From Candidatus Omnitrophota bacterium (lineage in GTDB: Bacteria; Omnitrophota; Gorgyraeia; Zapsychrales; Zapsychraceae), in the NCBI GenBank assembly GCA_029261055.1, contig JAJDCA010000071.1, forward strand, positions 153,778-217,777: a stretch of DNA of 64,000 nt. The letters run 5' to 3'. Position 1 is the first letter of the stretch; each line of letters begins with the position of its first letter. The position numbers and the translations under genes were made by a program. Shown piece by piece: positions 57,157-64,000 of the stretch. Below the pieces are notes generated by a model, which saw nothing but the letters and a program-made list of their open reading frames with translations, was not told the origin of the DNA and ran no database searches.

Positions 57157-58584
57157 ATGAAAAATAAAATCCTTTGGAAATTTTTAGGGGCGTATCTTCC
57201 TTTAATTTTGTTGGCTATTCTTGTGCTTAATTTTTTTGTGAGTTTTAGCTTACGAAAACATTTTGAAAAGAAAATTGCCGATCAATTGCATAGTAGTTCT
57301 CTTTTAATTGGTGATATTTTTGGAACAACATTATGGCAGAATCAACAAGAAAAAATTATTCAACAAAAAGTCAAAGATCTGGGGCAAAGATTAAATATTC
57401 GTATTACGATTATTGGTAAAAATGGTGAAGTTTTGGGGGATTCTGAAAAGAATCCACAACATATGGAGTTGCATAATAATCGTCCTGAAGTCATAGATGC
57501 TCTTAGATATGGACTTGGAGAGAGTTCACGCTACAGCAGCACGCTTAAATATGATATGAAATATTTAGCGACAACGGTTCGTGATAATGGAGGTGTGCTT
57601 GGCGTTATTCGTTTGGCTCTTCCATTAACAGAGGTTGGGGCGCAGATCCGTGTAATTTATCGGGCGGTTTTAATCGGTGGGATTTTTGCTGCATTTTTGA
57701 TGCTGATCATCGGTTATTTTATTTCGCGTAGTATCACTACGCCTATTAGTGAAATGAGAGATATTGCCGGGCGAATTGCTAAAGGGGATTTTTCACGAAA
57801 ATTGAAAGTTAAAAGTAAAGATGAATTGGGTCAGCTGGCGCATTCTATGAATTCTATGGCAGATGAATTACAAATGAAAATTAGTCATTTGGAAAGAATG
57901 GAGCAGATGAAGACGGACTTTGTTGCCAATGTTTCACATGAACTTAAGACGCCGTTAACGTCTATTAAAGGTTTTATTGAAACTTTAGAGCATGGGGCCG
58001 TGGATGACAAGGAAACGGCTAAGCGGTTTATGGGTATTATTCGCAAACATGCTGATTCTTTAAGTAATATTGTTGATGATTTATTGAGTCTATCTGAAAT
58101 TGAACCTGGAAAGAATGAATTAATAAAAGTGCCGTGTGATTTGAAAGGAATATTAGATGAAGTTATCTTAGGGTTTAGTCATCGGTTGAAAGGAAAAAAC
58201 CAACAGTTAACGTTGGAGGTTAAAGGCAGAAATTTTCAACTTAAGGCGGATAAGATTAAGCTTGAGCAGATATTTGTTAATTTGATTGATAATGCTAGTA
58301 AATATACGCCGGAAGGTGGGGAAATTAAGATTACAATGGATGAACAAAATGATGTTTTGCAGGTAATTGTGCAAGATAATGGCATAGGCATTCCTAAGGA
58401 AGATTTAGATAATGTCTTTGAGAGGTTTTATCGTGTAGACAAAGCGCGTTCCCGCGAATTAGGGGGGACAGGTCTTGGATTGTCTATTGTTAAACATATT
58501 GTCGCTTTGCATAAAGGAACTATCGATTTAAAAAGTGAGATTAATAAAGGTACGGCCATAACGATTTCTTTTCCGAAAGTTTAA
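57157..58584 (+). CDS. phoR: PhoR-type sensor histidine kinase
   Basis: 2 TM, HAMP, 'FVANVSHELKTPLT', 'FERFYRVDKARSRELGGTGLGL'. Confidence 0.85.
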   Translation: MKNKILWKFLGAYLPLILLAILVLNFFVSFSLRKHFEKKIADQLHSSSLLIGDIFGTTLWQNQQEKIIQQKVKDLGQRLNIRITIIGKNGEVLGDSEKNPQHMELHNNRPEVIDALRYGLGESSRYSSTLKYDMKYLATTVRDNGGVLGVIRLALPLTEVGAQIRVIYRAVLIGGIFAAFLMLIIGYFISRSITTPISEMRDIAGRIAKGDFSRKLKVKSKDELGQLAHSMNSMADELQMKISHLERMEQMKTDFVANVSHELKTPLTSIKGFIETLEHGAVDDKETAKRFMGIIRKHADSLSNIVDDLLSLSEIEPGKNELIKVPCDLKGILDEVILGFSHRLKGKNQQLTLEVKGRNFQLKADKIKLEQIFVNLIDNASKYTPEGGEIKITMDEQNDVLQVIVQDNGIGIPKEDLDNVFERFYRVDKARSRELGGTGLGLSIVKHIVALHKGTIDLKSEINKGTAITISFPKV

Positions 58585-58595
58585 CCTTAATCAGA

Positions 58596-58743
58596 GACGC
58601 GAAATCGCTTTTAAGTAAAGATTAGCACATTCGGCTCAGAGGAGACCTCGTTCTGCTCGGCCTCCAATTCGCCTAATGCACTAATCTTTACTTTGAGCGA
58701 TTACGACTCAACTCGGTCAATCCGTCTTAATAAGAGGTTATGT
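58596..58743. repeat. Structured repeat element, short copy
   Basis: Homologous to 43123-43315, with a compensatory stem change. Confidence 0.85.
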
Positions 58744-58745
58744 AT

Positions 58746-58799
58746 CTTCACCTAATCTTCACATTTCCTTCACAGCAGTTTCACATAAAAACGTATAAT
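58746..58799 (+). promoter_or_regulatory. Pho-box-like array and -10 element
   Basis: (C/T)TTCAC(A/C) at 58746, 58757, 58768, 58779 (11-bp period), then TATAAT 58794. Confidence 0.8.
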
Positions 58800-58822
58800 C
58801 ATTTAATAGGAGTTCATACGTT

Positions 58823-59950
58823 TTGAAAAAAGAAACACTAAAAACAATTTTAAAATTTGCTGCCGTTTTTGCCCTTCTCTATTTTTTTCTTGTAAGTATT
58901 GGATTGATGGGGAAGGCTTTTAAGGGATTTGGTAAAGATTTTGCCGAAGCCCTTTTGAATACAACGTCTAATCCTTTTATCGGGCTTTTTGTTGGGATAT
59001 TTGCTACGAGTTTGGTGCAGAGTTCTTCCACAACCACATCTATTATTGTCGGCATGGTCGCCGCTGGTACCCTTACGGTCAGTGGAGCCGTGCCGATTAT
59101 TTTTGGAGCTAATATCGGAACAACCGTAACGAATTCTCTTGTTGCACTGGGGCATGTTTCGCGGCGGGAGGAATTTAAGCGGGCCATTGCTGGGGCCACG
59201 ATTCATGATTTTTTTAATTTAATTTGTGTAGCCATTCTTTTTCCCATTGAATTAGCTACAGGATTTCTCCAAAAAATGGCGACATGGTTAGCTAATGCTT
59301 TTATAAATTTTGGAGGTATAAAATTTACTAGTCCACTTAAGACAGCTACGACACCTGCGATTAGTGGTATTAAACATTTTATTCTGGATTTATTCCCGTC
59401 AAATCATACCTTGGGATATATCATGGTATTGGTCATTGCCTTTGGTATGCTTTATGTTGCCTTGTTTTTTATCGTAAAAGTGATGAAATCTATGGTAATG
59501 AAACAAACAGAGGCCGCATTTAACAATGTGATTGATAAGAATGGGTTTGTCGGGATTTTAGCTGGGGCTCTTTTTACGTTTCTTGTCCAGAGCAGTTCAA
59601 TTACAACGTCTATTTTAGTGCCTCTTATTGCATCCGGCATTATTAGTGTTGAGGCGGCGTTCCCTATTACTATGGGGGCAAATATTGGGACAACGGCGAC
59701 CGCTATGCTGGCTTCTTTTGCTACGGGAAACCCTTCAGCGATTATTATTGCTTTTGTGCATTTATTGTTTAATGTGATCGGGGTATCCTGTATTTATCCC
59801 ATCGCTATATTTCGAAAAATTCCTATTAAGCTGGCGAAAAGTTTAGGAGAGCTGGCCTTTCATAAAAGACGGTATGCTATTGCGTATGTGCTAAGTTTAT
59901 TCTTTATTATTCCGGGATTATTGATTATGATATCAAAGTTATTAAAATAA
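58823..59950 (+). CDS. nptA: Na+/phosphate cotransporter (NptA/SLC34 family)
   Basis: Two 'QSSS.TTS' and 'GANIGTT' repeats; TTG start with AGGAG. Confidence 0.9.
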   Translation: MKKETLKTILKFAAVFALLYFFLVSIGLMGKAFKGFGKDFAEALLNTTSNPFIGLFVGIFATSLVQSSSTTTSIIVGMVAAGTLTVSGAVPIIFGANIGTTVTNSLVALGHVSRREEFKRAIAGATIHDFFNLICVAILFPIELATGFLQKMATWLANAFINFGGIKFTSPLKTATTPAISGIKHFILDLFPSNHTLGYIMVLVIAFGMLYVALFFIVKVMKSMVMKQTEAAFNNVIDKNGFVGILAGALFTFLVQSSSITTSILVPLIASGIISVEAAFPITMGANIGTTATAMLASFATGNPSAIIIAFVHLLFNVIGVSCIYPIAIFRKIPIKLAKSLGELAFHKRRYAIAYVLSLFFIIPGLLIMISKLLK

Positions 59951-59970
59951 AAATTAAGGAAGGGAAAACT

Positions 59971-60639
59971 ATGTTTAAAAATATTTTATCTTTTTGGAAA
60001 GGGCGCGAATTTTTAGAGCAAGCCTTAGGTGAATTTAAAGTAATGCTTACAAATAGTCAGGAGATGTATACTCTTGTGACGCGAAAGCTTATTGATAATG
60101 AAGAGATTGAGGATCTTGAGGATAAAATTTATACTTTGGATAAAGAAATTAATGAAAATGAAAAGGCTATCCGTAAGCGTATTGTAGAGCATTTAATTAT
60201 GCAGCCATCAGTGGATGTTTCTGTTTGTCTTACGTTGATGAGTGTGGTCAAAGATGCGGAAAGATTAGGGGATTATTGTAAAAATTTGCATGAGATAATT
60301 GATCTTTTGGACAAGCCAATCAAAAAAGAAATTTACGAAGATCTTTTTAATGGTACAGATACGCAGCTTGCTGAATTTTTTGAGAAGACCAAGACCGCTT
60401 TTATGGAATCGGACGAGGATATTGCTGCCAGTTCTTGGGATGAGAAAAAACAAATTTCCAAACGATGTGACGAAATTATCGAAAAACTTGCCAAAAGTAG
60501 CTTAGATGTCAACACAGCGGTCTGCTTCACACTTATTGCCCGCCATTTCAAACGCCTGTCGTCCCACCTAACCAATATCGCCACCTCCGTCATTTTGTCG
60601 GTTGATGAATTAGATTATTTTGATGAGAGTAGAAAATAA
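59971..60639 (+). CDS. phoU: PhoU-family protein
   Basis: 'DAERLGDYCKN', 'KRLSSHLTNIA'; follows the Na/Pi transporter. Confidence 0.8.
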   Translation: MFKNILSFWKGREFLEQALGEFKVMLTNSQEMYTLVTRKLIDNEEIEDLEDKIYTLDKEINENEKAIRKRIVEHLIMQPSVDVSVCLTLMSVVKDAERLGDYCKNLHEIIDLLDKPIKKEIYEDLFNGTDTQLAEFFEKTKTAFMESDEDIAASSWDEKKQISKRCDEIIEKLAKSSLDVNTAVCFTLIARHFKRLSSHLTNIATSVILSVDELDYFDESRK

Positions 60640-60798
60640 TATCAAAATAATCTAATTATCCATTGGTATGGGTATAATTTTTTTATAACTTATTCGACAA
60701 AAAGCTCCCTTTTTGATATAGTTCTCATCAATTAAGCCATTAAATTGGTTTGGTAAAGGGCGTAGTTTTTAATTTTAACTGTAATTAAGGAGAGAAAA

Positions 60799-61080
60799 AT
60801 GACTAAAGCAAAAGCACGGCATATTTTGGTGGAAAACCAAGAAGATTGTCAGAAATTAAAAGAAGAAATTGAAGGCGGTAAAGATTTTGCAAGTGTTGCC
60901 AAAGAAAATTCTCAATGTCCTTCAGGTAAGAGTGGTGGAGATTTGGGGGAGTTTGGCAAAGGGCAAATGGTTCCTGAATTTGACCAAGTTGTTTTCAACG
61001 AAGAAGTTAATAAGGTCCACGGCCCTATTAAAACTCAATTTGGATATCATTTGGTTGAAATTACAAGTCGAGAAGGTTAA
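60799..61080 (+). CDS. ppiC: Parvulin peptidyl-prolyl isomerase
   Basis: 'ARHILV', 'S.CPS...GGDLG.F..GQMVPEFD', 'TQFGYH'. Confidence 0.95.
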   Translation: MTKAKARHILVENQEDCQKLKEEIEGGKDFASVAKENSQCPSGKSGGDLGEFGKGQMVPEFDQVVFNEEVNKVHGPIKTQFGYHLVEITSREG

Positions 61081-61152
61081 TTAGGAATTTCTAGCTGTAA
61101 AGAAATTCCAAAAGGATCTAATTCCCCGAGGCTTGCCTCGAGGAGATTCATT
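61081..61152 (+). mobile_element. MITE-like two-hairpin element (IS200/IS605-end-like)
   Basis: TTAG-GAATTTC..GAAATTCC, then CCCCGAGGCTTGCCTCGAGG-AGATTCATT, between convergent genes. Confidence 0.55.
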
Positions 61153-61158
61153 ACTAGA

Positions 61159-62271
61159 TTAGAAATTATTTTCAATTGTGCTAATAGCAATCGCGGTGAA
61201 TATGACGGGGGCACACCACGTTGATATGATGGGAGGAAAAAGACCCCCTTTGCCGAAGGCGAGTGCAACGGCATTGGTTACAAAATAGAGAAGCCCGATG
61301 GCAAAAGCAATAGCCACAGAAGTAAAGGCCGAACGTTTGCGGCTTTTAACCATCAAAACAAACGGCAACCCACACAAAACCGTCACAAACGATCCCAAAG
61401 GAAATGTTAATTTTTGATGCATGTCGACCTTGAGATTTCTTAACGCTTGGGTCGCCCCGCTGTTAGCAAATCGGTTAATGTAGGCCTTGAGTTGTTGAAA
61501 ATTCATAGATGAGACATTCAGCCGTTGCCGCAGAAAATCTTCCGGAGTTTCTTTAATATCCATTAATTTTTCTTTGTACACCTTCACCTTGACGGGGAGG
61601 TTAACGCTTTCCGGAGAAAATTCTGTAATTTGACATTGATAGAATTTCCATGCAATTCCCGTCCATTTACCTCTAAAGGCAACCAATTTTTGTTTAACGT
61701 TTTGATGGGCATCGTATTCCAGGATCGTAATGCCGCTTAATTCGTCATTGTTGGCGTCAAAGGCGTCGATAAAATAGAGGCGGTTTTTTAAGCCATAAAA
61801 TGTCAGGTTTCTGATTTTTTCTTTTTTCTTACGTTCCCGGTCAACTTTGAGAATCATATTCTCATCACGGATTTGTTTAACCGCCACTGTGGCTTGCGGC
61901 ACGTAACTTTCATTAAACCAAAAAAGGGCTATTACAATAAGGATGCTAAATGAAATAGCTGGTTTAGTAATTTGCCAGAAATTTAGACCGCTGGAGCGCA
62001 TGGCAATGATTTCATTGTGATTATTGAGTTGGCTGAACGTTAGTAAGGGGGCTAAAAGACAGGCGACCGGAACAGCTTGCATTTGTGTGAAAAATATCGG
62101 TAATGAGGTGAGGTAATATTTTGCAAGGATCGTAAAGGGAATTTTACGCTCAATAATCTCATCCAGCTTTCCGGTGACATCAATCAGAACATACAGAAAA
62201 CAAAATACGGCCAGCAACATAAAGAATGTGGAAATGATGGATCGGTTAATGTGTTTGTCTAAGATACGCAT
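61159..62271 (-). CDS. lptG: LPS export permease LptG
   Basis: 'MRILDKHI', 'NEIIAMRSSG', YjgP/YjgQ layout. Confidence 0.85.
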   Translation of the reverse strand: MRILDKHINRSIISTFFMLLAVFCFLYVLIDVTGKLDEIIERKIPFTILAKYYLTSLPIFFTQMQAVPVACLLAPLLTFSQLNNHNEIIAMRSSGLNFWQITKPAISFSILIVIALFWFNESYVPQATVAVKQIRDENMILKVDRERKKKEKIRNLTFYGLKNRLYFIDAFDANNDELSGITILEYDAHQNVKQKLVAFRGKWTGIAWKFYQCQITEFSPESVNLPVKVKVYKEKLMDIKETPEDFLRQRLNVSSMNFQQLKAYINRFANSGATQALRNLKVDMHQKLTFPLGSFVTVLCGLPFVLMVKSRKRSAFTSVAIAFAIGLLYFVTNAVALAFGKGGLFPPIISTWCAPVIFTAIAISTIENNF

Positions 62272-63344
62272 TTGTAGTTAAGTATAATCGCCAGAATTCC
62301 AGCGATGGCATTAGGTATCCACATAATAAAAATGGGTGGCAGGACATCTTTAATACCCAAAGCCTGACAGCCCATGGATAACAGGTAATAGCCAAATCCA
62401 AAAATCATGGCTAAAACGACATTAGCAGCCTTTTCCCTTCGATTTGTAATGATCGCTAAGGGGAATCCCAAAAGGATCAAGACTAAAGGGGAAAATGACC
62501 AGGAAATTTTGCGGTGATATTCTGTCCGCAACGGAGCGCTGTTGACAAACCGTCTGTTTAAATTATCAATTTCACTATCTAATTCTTTTAACGTCATACT
62601 TTTAGGTTTTTTTTCTACTTTTTTTTCTCCTGAAGATAAATCAAGAGTCATAAAATAATTTTTGAAATTGAGTTTGTAAAAATTTTGAGGATTTTCAAGG
62701 TTGGGTTCATCGGATGTTCCATCCATCAGTTTTAATTTGATCTGATCTTTTCCTGGAATAGGTGTAAATTCGCCACGCTTGGCAATGATCGTCCGGGTTG
62801 GGCCATCGGGCTGCGGCTGATAAATTGTGACATTGTACATTTTGTTGCCATCAATTTTATGGATAAAGAGAATTTGGTTATCAAATGAATGGATAAAAAT
62901 TCCAGCTTCTAACATAGCTGTTGGATTGTCTTTGCCAAGATTTTTGAGCAGCTTACGTTGCTCATGATGCGCATAAGGAACGACGCGTTCATTAAGAATA
63001 ATAGAACCTAAACTGATCAAAAGACCGATCATAAACAAGGGGGCTAGAATTTTGCTTAAATGAATGCCGTTGGCTCTCAAGGCAATAATTTCATTATCTG
63101 CCGAGAAGCGGCTGAAGGCCAGGATGACACTGACGAGGCAGGCGATTGGAAGTGTGTATCCGAGAAGCACAGGGATGTACAACACAAATACACGTCCGAT
63201 GGTCGCAAGACCGACGCCTTTATTAATAACCATATTCGTTAATTGAATAAGATTTCCGAGGAGAAAAACGCAGGTTAACACACCGAGAGATAAAATAAAG
63301 GGGAGAACGCATTCAGATAGGATGTAGTTTCTAAGGATTCGCAT
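62259..63344 (-). CDS. lptF: LPS export permease LptF
   Basis: 'MRILRNYI', 'RFSADNEIIALRANG', 'MWIPN'. Confidence 0.85.
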   Translation of the reverse strand: MRILRNYILSECVLPFILSLGVLTCVFLLGNLIQLTNMVINKGVGLATIGRVFVLYIPVLLGYTLPIACLVSVILAFSRFSADNEIIALRANGIHLSKILAPLFMIGLLISLGSIILNERVVPYAHHEQRKLLKNLGKDNPTAMLEAGIFIHSFDNQILFIHKIDGNKMYNVTIYQPQPDGPTRTIIAKRGEFTPIPGKDQIKLKLMDGTSDEPNLENPQNFYKLNFKNYFMTLDLSSGEKKVEKKPKSMTLKELDSEIDNLNRRFVNSAPLRTEYHRKISWSFSPLVLILLGFPLAIITNRREKAANVVLAMIFGFGYYLLSMGCQALGIKDVLPPIFIMWIPNAIAGILAIILNYKCVS

Positions 63345-63415
63345 TTATTAGAAATTTAAAGTTAGTCATCAGATGTCTGAAGACTGATGCCTGAAAGCTA
63401 AAGTCATTCAATTTA

Positions 63416-64000
63416 TTAAGCTATCGCCAGAGTTAACACCCCGACTGTTTTTACGCCGGCGGATTTGATGGTACGGGCTGCTTCCGAAGCCGTAGCGCCG
63501 GTTGTTAATAAATCATCTATAAGTAAAATTGATTTTTCGGAAAATTGCTTAAGATTTTTTATTCTAAAAGCCTTGTGGATATTTGTCCAGCGTTCTTTTT
63601 TACTTAAAAGAGTTTGGTTTTTGGTATTTTGCACGCGAATAAGATTATTTAAAGATAAATTAATATTAAAAGTCTGCGCAATAGTTTGAGCCAGTAATTG
63701 AGACTGATTGTATCCGCGTTCTCTTAGGCGGCTTGGAAAAAGTGGGATGGGGGTAATGATGTCAAACTGTTCAATATCCAAATTGTATTCGCGAATAAAA
63801 GAAATGATCAGTTTGGAAAATAATGGGCTCAGTAATGTTTTTTGGTGGTATTTAAATTTATGAATGAGGTGACGTAATGGATCATGGTAAAGGCAAGCGG
63901 CCCAGGCAAAATCAAAGTGAGGATTAGAGGTGGAGCAATCCTGACATCGCGGATGTTCAAAATTTTTTCCAAGGTGGCGTGAACATTTGGGGCAAAACGG
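63416..64000 (-). CDS. comF: ComF-family protein, 5'-truncated by window edge
   Basis: Frame open to the edge (PFCPKC...CQDC...IHKFKY), 'RERGYNQS', PRT motif 'LLIDDLLTTGAT'. Confidence 0.9.
   Translation of the reverse strand, partial: PFCPKCSRHLGKNFEHPRCQDCSTSNPHFDFAWAACLYHDPLRHLIHKFKYHQKTLLSPLFSKLIISFIREYNLDIEQFDIITPIPLFPSRLRERGYNQSQLLAQTIAQTFNINLSLNNLIRVQNTKNQTLLSKKERWTNIHKAFRIKNLKQFSEKSILLIDDLLTTGATASEAARTIKSAGVKTVGVLTLAIA

Overview
AT-rich bacterial chromosomal window, almost all on the + strand. The outer-membrane gene set (BamD, LptE/F/G, LpxL-like, BatD/E) and the giant-protein family suggest a PVC-related diderm, possibly Candidatus Omnitrophota; this is recall-based inference, not a database result. 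The backbone is housekeeping: fbaB, bamD-lptE-holA, rpsT, murJ, uvrC, ogt, a PilT-like ATPase, prfB with its +1 frameshift, secA, lnt, hppA, amtB-glnK, mutY, a sulfate-assimilation operon, phoBR with a Na/Pi transporter and phoU, ppiC, lptFG and comF. The best candidate for an undescribed system is a pair of paralogous giant secreted proteins (6268-11340; 52327-56097). They share a ~360-390 aa N-terminal domain, a C-terminal GGIN-x-D-x-AML-x-LQIKRDG domain and a conserved ~270-bp upstream region. Between these lie largely unrelated cargo modules separated by a recurring (D/N)-x-(A/S)-M motif, and one module is a complete receiver domain. Both genes sit next to DUF4143-type ATPases. Other notable items are two degenerate 5'-half copies of tRNA-Thr bracketing AT-rich cargo, a covarying structured repeat whose core motif occurs in both orientations, 20-bp palindromes inserted in frame into a protein, and an unannotated bL37-like micro-ORF.
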